NCBI GenBank assembly: GCA_963741795.1
Contig: CAVUJM010000036.1
Location: 20,994 to 84,993 of the forward strand
Source of the DNA: an uncultured Chloroflexia bacterium
GTDB lineage: Bacteria; Chloroflexota; Chloroflexia; Thermomicrobiales; UBA6265
Length of the DNA: 64,000 nucleotides
Direction: 5' to 3'
Below the pieces are notes generated by a model. The model was not told where the DNA came from. It did no database searches and saw only the letters and a program-made list of their open reading frames with translations. Numbering within the stretch: the first letter of the stretch is position 1; each line of letters begins with the position of its first letter. The translations under genes and the position numbers were made by a program. Shown piece after piece: positions 1 to 9,823 of the stretch.

Positions 1-452
1 CCACCTCTGAGGGCGGTACGGGCTGATGTCGATATCTGTCACTCGCGGGTGATCATTCGTTACATACTAGACTATATCATAAACCTCCAGGTTAGGTTAA
101 GATAATCGCGATCCGGCTTCACGACATTCGCGCTACGGGCCCTGGCGCCTGTAGCGGGACATTCCGATACCCGCCGTGACAGGGTCTCCCCTGCCTCCTG
201 GCGGATTCTCCGGTACTCCATCGCGGGTCGGTTTTCGCCTGGCTGCAACACTGCAAATCGGCCGTGAAAGGGTGCCGGCAGCGGCTGCAGACCCCGATGA
301 AATCTCGCTAGTACATTTGTACCTTTCTGATCCAGATGGTCCTCAATTAGCCCGTTAGCCCGTTGTTAGAGGAAAAGCAGCGTTGCTAGATTGGGATCAA
401 CGGACAGTGCAAACCGGCATGGTTCGATACGTCCCGTATAAGGAGGACTCGG

Positions 453-941
453 ATGGCAACGCTCACCGTCGTTAAGTTCAATGACCCCAAAGGCGCCGAC
501 CAGGCACTCGGCATCCTGAAGGATCTTCAGCGGCAAAACCTCATCCGGGTGCTGGATGCCGCGATCGTGACCTGGCCAATCGGTAGCAAGAAACCCAAGA
601 CCGAGCAGCTGCACAACGTGGCTGGCGCGTCAGCGCTGAATGGATCGTTCTGGGGCATGCTGTTCGGCCTCATCTTCTTCGTTCCGCTCCTTGGTGCGGC
701 GATCGGCGCGGCGATCGGCGCCCTCCAGGGGTCGCTGATCGATGTGGGGATCGACGATGCGTTCATCAAACGAGTCAGGAACGAGGTCACCGAAGGCACG
801 TCGGCGCTCTTCCTTCTCTCCGCGGATGCGGTGCGCGACCGCGTTGCCGACGCGTTCCGCGGCCTTCCCCCGTACGAGCTGATCGCCAGCAACCTCTCCC
901 AAGAGGAAGAAGACAAGCTGAAGGACGTCTTCCAGAGTTAA
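453..941 (+). CDS. DUF1269-family membrane protein
   Basis: The ATG at 453 is preceded by AAGGAGGA. The N-terminus (TLTVVKFNDPKGADQALGILKDLQRQNLIRVLDAAIV), the Gly-rich TM hairpin (GSFWGMLFGLIFFVPLLGAAIGAAIGALQG) and the IDDAFIKRVRNEVTEGTSALFLL block match the DUF1269 architecture as I recall it. Confidence 0.88.
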   Translation: MATLTVVKFNDPKGADQALGILKDLQRQNLIRVLDAAIVTWPIGSKKPKTEQLHNVAGASALNGSFWGMLFGLIFFVPLLGAAIGAAIGALQGSLIDVGIDDAFIKRVRNEVTEGTSALFLLSADAVRDRVADAFRGLPPYELIASNLSQEEEDKLKDVFQS

Positions 942-1062
942 TCCACCATGGGTGCGGACACCGCGATATAGTCCCGACGACTCTGCGCGCGGCGGATATC
1001 GCGGTCGCCGCGATCTCGGTCAGGGCTACCGCAACCCATCGCTTCCGGTCGGGAGTCAGGTC

Positions 1063-3013
1063 ATGCCACGGATCTCGAGTACCCTCATCGCCTTGCTGGC
1101 GCTCCTGCTTTCCGTAAGCAGCCTGGCCCGACCGGTCGACGCACAGGAGACATCTCCTTCCGCCGCGCAGCAGCTGGTCGACATGTACGTTCCTGTCGCC
1201 TACGTCCGCGCTCAAGAGAACGCGTGTGCGGTTCCGCCTCAAGGTGGCGAGCCGTACCTCCCGCTCCCCGTCGACATCGTGTTGAACAACGACCGGGTCC
1301 TGATCCGCGACTCCGCGACGGACGAGGTGCTCGACAGGGGCCCCAATGCCATCGAATTGGCGACATACGGACCGGACACCTACCTCGATTTCCCTGGTGA
1401 TCCGCGTCGCCCGGGATGCACCTACGAAACCGATGAACGATCGCGCATCGCGGAGCTCGGACTGGAGCCCACAACATACGCGCGCGTCGTCTTCGATGAG
1501 GAGGGGCAACGTCTGGCCCTCCAGTACTGGTTCTACTGGTACTTCAACGACTGGAACAACACCCACGAGTCCGACTGGGAGATGATCCAGATTTTCTGGG
1601 ACGACGTTTCCGGCATCGAGGAAGCCCTGGAGACCAGCCCCGATCGCATCGGGTACTCCCAGCACGGCAACGGTGAGCTCGGCAAATGGGGAGACGACAA
1701 GATCCGCCTCGAGGGCGACACCCATCCGCTCGTCTATCCCGCCGCCGGTTCTCATGCGACGTTCTTCAACGACGAAACCTACCTTGCATGGGGTGAGCGC
1801 AATTCCGGGTTCGGCTGTGACGTTTCGTCCGGTCCATCAACTCGTGTTCCGCTTACCGCTGTTCTCGTTCCCGACGACATCGACCCCCAAGGCGAGTTCG
1901 CCTGGCTCCTGTATGAAGGACGATGGGGGGAGCGAATGCCATCGGCTTTCAACGGACCGGTTGGCATGAACCTTAATGGGCGGTGGATCGATCCATGGGA
2001 AGCGTCCGACAACTGGCGCCCGTTCAGCATCGTCGTGCCGGGGTCAAACGCCCTCGGTCCTACGATGACAGACGCGTTTTGCGGCGCTACCGAAGCTGGT
2101 TCCCGCCTGCTCATCAATGCGCTCGCCGCCCCCTGGCTCACACTCCCGATCGTCGCGGTCGTCATTGGCGCGCTTGCCTGGTTCTCGCGTCGCTCGTATC
2201 CCACTTTTCCGCCGGGCCGTCACGGTCTATCGCGAGCACTGGCAGCTCTTCGTCGGCATCGGCCTGATCGCGATCCCGATCGGGGTTATCTTCAACGTCG
2301 TCCAGGCGTTCCTGATCGAGCGCCAGCCGTTGGAGTTCATCGTCGACTTGTTCGACAACACCGTCGGGGGACAGCTCACGGCCGTCTCCTTGATCGGCGG
2401 CGTTCAGCAACTCGCCATGTTGCTCTTCATCGCCCCCGCCGTTGTCCAGGGAAGCGCCGACATCGTGCGCGGGCAGCGGACCCACATCCTGCGATCCTAT
2501 CGTCTCGCCGCCAGCCGAACACCCGCGATTGCCCTCGCCTTCCTGATCCTGATCGTGTTCGCGGGGGCTCCGCTCTTACTCGTGATCGGGTTGCCGATCA
2601 CGATATGGATGGTTGTGCAGTGGCATTTCTTCATGCAGGTCCTGATGTTCGACAAACGGGCCTCCAGCCGGGGATCACTTCGGACCAGCCGTGCGCTCGT
2701 TCGCGGCCAGTGGTGGAAGACGCTGTTCTCCGTCGTGATCTTCGACCTGCTTGCGACGATCCCGGGCATTGTCGTCGGCTTCGGACTCCTGACGCTCGGA
2801 CGGACAGCGGTCGGCTTCGCCAATGCCGCGAGCAGCGTTCTTTACGCCCTCACGATCCCGCTGTCAGTGATCGCCGTCACGTTGCTTTACCTGGATCGCC
2901 TCGAGCAGTCGAACCCGTCGGAGTTCCAGCGCCTTACGCAGCTCCAGATCGAAGAGGAGCCCGAATACGTGGCTTCGGCAGACGGTGCAATAGCTCCCTC
3001 GACAGCTCCATGA
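1063..3013 (+). CDS. Exported Vps62/DUF946-like domain fused to a polytopic membrane domain (GPDPase-membrane/DUF975-like); reading frame changes near 2200
   Basis: The ATG at 1063 follows GGGAG, and the N-terminus MPRISSTLIALLALLLSVSSLARPVDAQ looks like a signal peptide. The block YWFYWYFNDWNNTHESDWEMIQIFW resembles Vps62/DUF946 (tentative). After the TM segment LTLPIVAVVIGALAWF the original frame turns into Arg/Pro-rich junk, although it stays open to 3138. The +1 frame (track ORF 2117..3013) instead encodes a convincing multi-TM protein. The switch lies near the C-run at 2200-2202. Confidence 0.6.
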
Positions 3014-3240
3014 GGTGGTCACTCACCGTCACTGAAAGCTGCGGCATGGGGACTCCGGCGCGTACGAGGCACCCTCGGGTGCCAACGATTGACAACGTGA
3101 GACCTGGGCGGCGAGGCAGGACGCAACTGGCATCGTGACACGTGCCGCGCCCTCTCGACCCTCGCCCAAACCTTTGGAGCGCCGGCTCGGAAATCACCGC
3201 TCCCCTACCCTCCGTCCATAGTGAGGGAGTCACTCTCGCC

Positions 3241-4899
3241 ATGACCCAAACGTCGGACACTCTTTCCACGTCAGTCTCCCTCCAACAGGCGCTGCGGTCG
3301 GCGCGACAGCGGGTGCAGCATCATCTGGAGGCAGTTCCGCTGGCGTATTCCTCCGACGGAACCACCTTCGGCTTCCAAACTCCAATCTCCACCCCGGCGC
3401 TGGTCGGCGGGTATGTGCGGATTACGACGGTGGATGGTCGCACGTTGCTTGGCCAGGTCATGAGCAAGACGGTCACCGAGCACGAGGGGCCGAACGTGAG
3501 CGTCGAGGGTGACGCTGGCTTGGGCCTCCAGGTTGGCGACTCCCGCATTGCCCAGACGACCTACCAGGTCCGATTGAAGCGCGCCGAGGGTGAGGGCGTG
3601 CTCCTGTGCCGCCTGACCCCGGAGGGCATCACCGACCTCCGGGCCGACGACCAGTTCGAGGACGCGGACATCGCGCCTGCCACCGACGAGGAGCTCGAGC
3701 GGTATCTCCACGCCAGGATCGGCCATCGGCCGGCGCTCGAGATCGGGAGCTTGCGCGGGAGGACGGAGGCGAAAGCATCGCTACTCGCGACAGGGTTTGA
3801 CCGCCACACATTCCTCTGCGGCCAATCCGGCTCGGGCAAGACCTACGCGCTCGGGATCATGCTCGAGCGCCTCTTGCTGGAGACCCGGCTGCGGCTGATC
3901 ATCATCGACCCGAATTCGGACTTCGTGCATCTTGGGGAGATGCGCTCCTTCGAGGAATTGGCGGCACAATCAGGTGACACGATCACGCCGGAAACGTACG
4001 AGGACATGCGAGCCCGCTATGATGCCGCGACACGGAATATCCGCGTCATGCGGCCCGTGGCACGCGGACAGCAGTCGCCCGATGCGTTGCGCCTCCGGTT
4101 TAGCGAGCTGCACCCGCGCGTCCAGGGCCTGGTCCTCCAGATCGATCCGCTTGAGGACATGGAAGAATACAGCTCGATGCGCGCGATCATCAGCCGGCTA
4201 GGGCGAACACGCTACTCCCTCGCGGATCTCCGGGACGCCGCGGCGGCCGATCTTTCCTCCGACGGCCGGCGGCTGGCTTTACGCATCTCGAACCTTGGTG
4301 TCGCAACCTGGGATATCTGGGCAGAGATCGACGAGTCGTCGCTCGCGGACCTGGTCGCGGACGACGACTGGCGGGCATTGGTGCTGGACGTCGGTGGGTT
4401 CAGCAATCCGGCGGAGAAGTCCTTGCTGGCGAGCTCGGTGCTCGGGCATCTATGGGGGATTCGCGATCGCCGGGAGCCTATGCTCATTGTCGCTGACGAG
4501 GCGCATACGATCTGCGCGCAGGCGGCCACGGACCCGATCCAGCAGGTGGCCACGGACCGCGCGATCCGGATTGCAGGCGAGGGCCGCAAATTTGGGCTCT
4601 ACCTGCTGATGGCGACGCAGCGTCCGCAAAAACTGCACGCGAACGTGCTCAGCCAATGCGACAATCTGGTGCTGATGCGTATGAACTCGGCGGGCGACCT
4701 GGCGCACCTGGCCACCACGTTTTCGTTCATCCCGGCGTCGCTGATCGAGCAAGCCGCCCGGTTTGGCCAGGGCGAGTCGCTCGTGGGTGGCAAGCTGGTG
4801 CCCTCGCCGCTCTTCGTCACATTCTCAGGCCGGCTGAGCCGCGAGGGTGGCAGCGATGTCCCGACAAGCTGGGCCGGCACATCGGAGAGGGATCACTGA
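3241..4899 (+). CDS. HerA/FtsK-type P-loop ATPase (DUF87-like)
   Basis: Motifs present are Walker A (GQSGSGKTYALG), Walker B (MLIVADEAHTI) and the block GRKFGLYLLMATQRPQKLHANVLSQCDNLVLMRMNS, which is typical of HerA/DUF87 ATPases. An N-terminal barrel-like region precedes the ATPase core. I chose the ATG at 3241, downstream of GAGGGAG; the ORF itself is open from 3142. Confidence 0.85.
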   Translation: MTQTSDTLSTSVSLQQALRSARQRVQHHLEAVPLAYSSDGTTFGFQTPISTPALVGGYVRITTVDGRTLLGQVMSKTVTEHEGPNVSVEGDAGLGLQVGDSRIAQTTYQVRLKRAEGEGVLLCRLTPEGITDLRADDQFEDADIAPATDEELERYLHARIGHRPALEIGSLRGRTEAKASLLATGFDRHTFLCGQSGSGKTYALGIMLERLLLETRLRLIIIDPNSDFVHLGEMRSFEELAAQSGDTITPETYEDMRARYDAATRNIRVMRPVARGQQSPDALRLRFSELHPRVQGLVLQIDPLEDMEEYSSMRAIISRLGRTRYSLADLRDAAAADLSSDGRRLALRISNLGVATWDIWAEIDESSLADLVADDDWRALVLDVGGFSNPAEKSLLASSVLGHLWGIRDRREPMLIVADEAHTICAQAATDPIQQVATDRAIRIAGEGRKFGLYLLMATQRPQKLHANVLSQCDNLVLMRMNSAGDLAHLATTFSFIPASLIEQAARFGQGESLVGGKLVPSPLFVTFSGRLSREGGSDVPTSWAGTSERDH

Positions 4900-5285
4900 T
4901 GATCCCGATTCCCTTCCTGTTTGTCGTCTGGCGATTTCTGCGGATCAACACCAGCGTGATCCGGGATCCAAAGGTACGACCGCTGGCTGCGTGGGTAGGA
5001 ATCCTTCTTGTCGCCGGCACGGTTTTCTACCGCAATGCCGAGGGGTGGGGATGGCTCGATTCGCTTTACTTCTGCGTGATCTCGCTTGCCACCGTGGGCT
5101 ATGGCGACCTCCACCCGACCACCGGCCTCAGCAAGATCTTCACGATGGCCTACGTGCTCAGCGGCGTTGGCCTGTTGCTGGGCTTCGTTGACGCGTTTTT
5201 CGAGCGAGGACGAGATGAGCGGATCCGTCGACCGCGGGTTGGCCGAGATATTCCTGTAGAGGATGGAACAGGTCGTGACGGTTGA
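4899..5285 (+). CDS. Minimal two-TM potassium channel (128 aa, no RCK or other cytoplasmic domain)
   Basis: The selectivity-filter signature TVGYGD is flanked by two hydrophobic helices (AAWVGILLVAGTVFY and IFTMAYVLSGVGLLLGFV). The ATG at 4899-4901 shares its A with the TGA stop (4897-4899) of the upstream ATPase. Confidence 0.85.
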   Translation: MIPIPFLFVVWRFLRINTSVIRDPKVRPLAAWVGILLVAGTVFYRNAEGWGWLDSLYFCVISLATVGYGDLHPTTGLSKIFTMAYVLSGVGLLLGFVDAFFERGRDERIRRPRVGRDIPVEDGTGRDG

Positions 5286-5497
5286 CAAGACCGGAGAGCC
5301 ACCTCGATGAGACGGAGGCGATTGCCTCGACACCCGTGGTTCGGGTCGGCACATGACCCATGGTGGTGTCCCTCTTGCGTACGCTAAACTGACCTCCACA
5401 GAGTGTTGCTCAGAAGCTGCAAGGGGCTATCGCGCAACACTCCAGAGAGCCGCCAAGGTCCGTATAGAATCGGGGTTTTGGCCTACTCTGATGCGAA

Positions 5498-5547
5498 CTC
5501 GCCTTATAGGCGGTAAGCCGTGGGTTCGATCCCTGCCTGGGGCACCC
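5498..5547 (+). other. tRNA-like 3' half (T-arm plus anticodon-like hairpin), not a complete tRNA
   Basis: GTGGG-TTCGATC-CCTGC forms a T-arm with the canonical TTCGA loop. It is preceded by a 5-nt variable region and a hairpin, CTCGC/CTTATAG/GCGGT, that has one mismatch. I found no complementary 5' acceptor strand (GCCCCAG-like) and no D-arm within 200 nt upstream. Confidence 0.3.
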
Positions 5548-5840
5548 CACCGCAATCGAACGAGCACAACTGCCATTTCGAAGAACTGCCTGAGAAATTC
5601 CAATCCGGCTGATTTGATGCTGGTGGACCTTTGGCAGGCGTTGCCGAACCATCTTGATAGCACCGAATCCCACTCAGCCCGTACGTCGACTTCTCGGCCC
5701 CTGCAAGGCATTTTAAGCCTTCCTGACGGGCGCACCGGTGATGCCAGCCAGCAGTCACAACGGGTGAAGATCGAAACCGAGCCGCCCGACCCCGTCCACG
5801 CAATCGTGCTCCTTGTCGAAGGCAATCGACAGTCGCGACG

Positions 5841-6551
5841 TCACCCCTGAAGCGTGCGCCGCGCACCCATCGTGATGAGCATGATGGACCCGCCAATGAA
5901 GGCAATGAGCAAGGCGCCCCTGGTCAGCTGCGGTGGCAGGCCCGGGCTAAGTCCCACCATGGGCCCACGAGTACCGACATGGACCTTCCCTGCTCTTGCC
6001 CGGTTGGGCCTACTATCGGTCAACACTCCCGTCGAGTGAAAGGGATCAACAATGACTGGTGATGCGGCCACGGCGGTTGCCTTAGGCGCCGCATTGACGT
6101 TCATCCAGCCCGGCTTCGTGCGATTTGCGGTCGAGCCTCTGGAAGCGATCCTCTGTGCCTTCATGGCGAGCCACACCCGAAGCGTGAAACCTACGAACGT
6201 GATACCGGTCAGGATCATGAGAACGCCAAATGGAGACCAGAAGCCAGCATAAAGGCTGATGCAGCCGACGATCGTATCGAGTGCCAAACTGAGTCCCATA
6301 CTGAGGACGATGCGCTGGGTAAGGTCGTTGATGCCGAGAAGTCCAGCGAGGCCGAGACCAGGGCCAATGCCGAGAAAGACGAATATGGCGAACGGACGAA
6401 ACGGCGACGGCGCGTCGAAGATGACTGCCGAACTTGCGATCACGGCGGTCAAGGCGGCGATGATCGACCATCGCCAATCGGTCAATTCTTCCTGGCCAAC
6501 AAGGGCCGATCGCAAGACGTTTGGCGCCTGCGTCTGTAGCTCCCGGCTCAT
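5841..6551 (-). CDS. Hypothetical polytopic membrane protein
   Basis: The 236-aa ORF has four or more hydrophobic helices (IIAALTAVIASSAVIF, FAIFVFLGIGPGLGLAGLLG, GFWSPFGVLMILTGITFVGF). It overlaps the upstream gene by 4 nt. I recognise no family. Confidence 0.6.
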   Translation of the reverse strand: MSRELQTQAPNVLRSALVGQEELTDWRWSIIAALTAVIASSAVIFDAPSPFRPFAIFVFLGIGPGLGLAGLLGINDLTQRIVLSMGLSLALDTIVGCISLYAGFWSPFGVLMILTGITFVGFTLRVWLAMKAQRIASRGSTANRTKPGWMNVNAAPKATAVAASPVIVDPFHSTGVLTDSRPNRARAGKVHVGTRGPMVGLSPGLPPQLTRGALLIAFIGGSIMLITMGARRTLQG

Positions 6552-8407
6552 GATGCCCCCTTGGATTCCGGTGGAGTCAATATAAAGATGATGGCGTCTT
6601 CATTTGCGTACAAAACCTGGAATTGATCAGACGCCGAAAGCGCAGTCACCATATCTTCAAGTGGATACGGCAATAATTTGAACATCTCGTCATTGGCGAT
6701 CTGGCTGCGGGTGATGATGAGATATGCCGCCGTGTATTGGGAGCCGTGCATCGTGGCCTGAATTTCGTCGAGATCGGTTACAAGGTCTGCACTCCAGTCC
6801 CAGTCGATGCTGTCGGCCAACGTCTGATGAGAGTGCCGCTCGTAGTCCCGGTATTTCCAAGGCGTTTTCGCCGTACCAGCCAGCAGGAGGGAGCCTGACG
6901 GCGCCTGCTCGTAGAGATAGTCAACTGCCTGAACCTCGGCCGGTGTAAATGCGTCCATCCGCTCGTTGCCGTAACGGGTGATGAAGAAGCTGGACAGGAG
7001 CAACAGAACCGCGATGGACGTTATCACCCGAGCGAGCCATGTTCGACCGACGGTGGGAGAAGGAACGAACAATGCGGCGACAAAGAAGGCCATGAATGGA
7101 AGCGAGAAGAGGTAAATCCGCAGGAGCATTTCGCCACCATACGGTTGCATAAACAAGAGAGGGAACGGTGCTGCCGCCAGGAGCGCTAACGTGAAGTCGC
7201 GGCGATGATGTTTCACCCGCCTGAGGCCCCCGATGCCGGCGAGGCCCCAGAAGACAAGCGAGGCAGTACTGCGCATGTAGACGACCACCTGATGCCCTTC
7301 GCTGCCGGCGAGCCGGTCGCCGATGTTGCTGCCAACTGACGTACCGACATCTCCGACCTGGCCAGCGATGTGGCTCTCGTGACCTGCCAGATAGGCCGAG
7401 GCCATGAAGCGCAGCCAACCAAGGGCAACCACCGCCATGACGACTGGTAGTAGCCGCAACGTGCAGCGATTAAGAACGACCAGGATCGCAACCGCAACGA
7501 GGATCGCAAACGGCGTCAACTGATGGCTGGGAGCGACGGCGACATACAGGAGAACCACAACGACTGCGAGCGCCCGTTGCTGCGTGCGGGTAGCCGAAGC
7601 GGCGGGAAGGTCCGGCGGAGCGAGCCAGTGCACCAAGCGTTCGAGCGTCTGGTTGGATAGGTGGTAGCGTCGCGCCAGGTCCAGGAGCCCGGATTGTGAC
7701 GTTGCGGGCACCGAAAACCAGGTGATGAGCACGGCCATAATCACCAGGAAGAGGAAATAGCCGAAACCTTGTGGCGAAAGATAGTCTTGCCCTACCCAAT
7801 TTGCGACGTAGAAGAACCAGACCCCGAGCCAGACCAGTCGCTTGTCGTGCGTAGCATGCCGAAAAATCATGAGCAACGGACCGAGATACAGGAGGTTGGA
7901 AACCACTGGCGCCCAGGAGAGCAAACTCAAGGGCGATTCCAAGCCAGCAAGGTCCGTGATCAGAGCTACCAGGACAAAGAAGCCGGGCCAGTTGAAGTAC
8001 GCGTCGATCAGCGGATCCACGCTTCCATGCCGAAGGATGTAATCTGTGACGCCGACATGCTTCCAGGCAGACTCGAACCGGGGCACTGGCTCGACGATGG
8101 CAGTAATACCGAAGAGCATGATGATGAGGACAACGACGTAAAGAAGCGCTACCGAGGTTCGGATCGGCACCCGGCCGAGCTCATGCATAAAGCAGAGAGT
8201 CACGACAGCAACCGCCAGCAGCACGGGCAGTGGCAGCACCGAAACCAAACCGATATCCGTCATATGACGATAATCAGCCGTTCGCGCCGCGACAATCCAG
8301 ACGACGAAGGCTAAGGCGGCGATGACCGGCCCGAGCACGTCTCGGACTACGAGACGTCTGTCAATCGGCTGGCTCGTTGCAGGAGTGAGAATCGCAGAAT
8401 CAGCCAT
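6548..8407 (-). CDS. Large polytopic membrane protein with a C-terminal soluble domain (possible GT-C/polymerase-like enzyme of the glycan locus)
   Basis: The 619-aa ORF has more than 10 predicted TM helices, followed by a roughly 130-aa hydrophilic C-terminal domain. It sits in a glycosyltransferase/flippase neighbourhood. The function is inferred from context only. Confidence 0.65.
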   Translation of the reverse strand: MADSAILTPATSQPIDRRLVVRDVLGPVIAALAFVVWIVAARTADYRHMTDIGLVSVLPLPVLLAVAVVTLCFMHELGRVPIRTSVALLYVVVLIIMLFGITAIVEPVPRFESAWKHVGVTDYILRHGSVDPLIDAYFNWPGFFVLVALITDLAGLESPLSLLSWAPVVSNLLYLGPLLMIFRHATHDKRLVWLGVWFFYVANWVGQDYLSPQGFGYFLFLVIMAVLITWFSVPATSQSGLLDLARRYHLSNQTLERLVHWLAPPDLPAASATRTQQRALAVVVVLLYVAVAPSHQLTPFAILVAVAILVVLNRCTLRLLPVVMAVVALGWLRFMASAYLAGHESHIAGQVGDVGTSVGSNIGDRLAGSEGHQVVVYMRSTASLVFWGLAGIGGLRRVKHHRRDFTLALLAAAPFPLLFMQPYGGEMLLRIYLFSLPFMAFFVAALFVPSPTVGRTWLARVITSIAVLLLLSSFFITRYGNERMDAFTPAEVQAVDYLYEQAPSGSLLLAGTAKTPWKYRDYERHSHQTLADSIDWDWSADLVTDLDEIQATMHGSQYTAAYLIITRSQIANDEMFKLLPYPLEDMVTALSASDQFQVLYANEDAIIFILTPPESKGAS

Positions 8408-8500
8408 TGCATTCTATCCACATAAGGCGTGCGTTGAACAATAATGATCAACAGGGGCGAAACTCATCGCGTATGGAACAGTGACGAGGGTGAAACCAGC

Positions 8501-9823
8501 ATGACGCCTGGACAGAAGACAACCATCATCATTGTGAGTGACCTCCACTTGGCTGCGGGCAGCGATCCCGGCTCGGGGAACCGCGATCCCCGCGATCCAT
8601 TCGCCCACGACGACGCATTCGCTCGCTGGCTGGACCTTCAGCGAGAGACCACGGAGAACGCCGGTGGCGTCCATCGTCTCCTGCTTCTCGGTGACCTCTT
8701 CGACTTTCCCAGAGTGCGACTGTCGCGCTATGACGTTAAATCTTCCGACGCGACCGACGACCTGGCGATTGCCAAGCTCAACCGCATCAGCGCTGACCAT
8801 CCTACGGTCTTCGCAGCCCTCGGTCGCTGGATGAGCGACGAAAGGCCGGTCGACATCGTTCCCGGCAATCACGATTTCGAGCTGATGCGTCCAGCAGTGC
8901 GTCGCCACCTGAGCAGCCTCCTCGAAAAGGAAGCTGGACTGGCGCATCAGAGATCGAACGTGACCGTCTCGCCATGGATCTACCATGTCCCCGGCCTGCT
9001 TTACGCTGAACATGGCCAGCAGTATCACGACATCAACTCCTTCCCAATGCTCGTTTGGCTGCAGTCGCAACATCCCGGTGCTCGGGACCTGCCGCCGGGC
9101 GCGGCACTCGACATCTTCGTTCAGCGCGTGACGGACAAACTCGGTTCCGAGGTTGATGCGCCCGATTCCATCACTCGCCTGCTCCTCAACATCGCGCGTA
9201 CTGGCCCGCGCAGCGCGGCCCGCGTCGCTCCAGATTTAGCCGGGTTGGCCTTCGCGATCTGTCGTGGTGTCATAGCCCGCCGACTGCCAAGCCACCGCGC
9301 CCGGCAGGAACGCTATCGCACCGACGTCATGCCGGAACTGGCGACGGAGACGGACCTCTCTGCTGACGTATTGGCTCAGATTGACCTGCTGGCGGAATCG
9401 ACATACAATCGCTTGCCGGCGCGGCTGATGGGCATGACGTGGCGGCGGAGAACTCCGATGCAGCGACCGCATGGGACGAGGCTTCCGGCGCACTATCTGG
9501 TTCGAGCCGCGGAGGACATTCGGCGAATGCTCGCGGAAGGCGGCGCGAGTACGGCCTTCTATGTCTTCGGACATTCCCACCAGGCGGAACAGCGACCGCT
9601 CGGCGACGGCACGTCGCCCGCGTTTTATCTCAATAGCGGCACGTGGGCTTGGCAACCCGAGGGAAAGGACCCATTTCTGACGTTCGTCACAGTGACCCTG
9701 GACCGCGGCAGCAGAGAAGCCACCGCTGCCGTTCAGCACTGGAATGACCGTCTCCGGGAAGTGGAAACCATTGGCACGCCAGCCCACGTCTCCCTGGACC
9801 TGGCCGACGCTGACCGTACCTGA
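8501..9823 (+). CDS. Calcineurin-like metallophosphoesterase
   Basis: All four metallophosphoesterase motifs appear in order: IIVSDLHL, LLLGDLFDF, VPGNHDFE and VFGHSHQ. I chose the ATG at 8501, after GAGGGTG; the ORF is open from 8444. Confidence 0.85.
   Translation: MTPGQKTTIIIVSDLHLAAGSDPGSGNRDPRDPFAHDDAFARWLDLQRETTENAGGVHRLLLLGDLFDFPRVRLSRYDVKSSDATDDLAIAKLNRISADHPTVFAALGRWMSDERPVDIVPGNHDFELMRPAVRRHLSSLLEKEAGLAHQRSNVTVSPWIYHVPGLLYAEHGQQYHDINSFPMLVWLQSQHPGARDLPPGAALDIFVQRVTDKLGSEVDAPDSITRLLLNIARTGPRSAARVAPDLAGLAFAICRGVIARRLPSHRARQERYRTDVMPELATETDLSADVLAQIDLLAESTYNRLPARLMGMTWRRRTPMQRPHGTRLPAHYLVRAAEDIRRMLAEGGASTAFYVFGHSHQAEQRPLGDGTSPAFYLNSGTWAWQPEGKDPFLTFVTVTLDRGSREATAAVQHWNDRLREVETIGTPAHVSLDLADADRT

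Noticed and set aside
176-358. 60-aa ORF and possible riboswitch in the 450-nt leader upstream of the DUF1269 gene
   Set aside because: The ORF has no RBS or motif. I could not match the leader to any riboswitch consensus I know. It is left as plain non-coding sequence.
787-1755. 322-aa minus-strand ORF
   Set aside because: It is antisense to the Vps62-like domain gene. The sequence is low-complexity, Arg/Gly-rich and has no motifs.
5286-5550. Complete tRNA or tmRNA
   Set aside because: Only the T-arm and a weak anticodon-like hairpin are present. I found no 5' acceptor strand complementary to CTGGGGC, no D-arm and no tmRNA 5' GGGG...UUCGAC element or tag ORF. The gap after the channel gene is also too short for a standard tmRNA.
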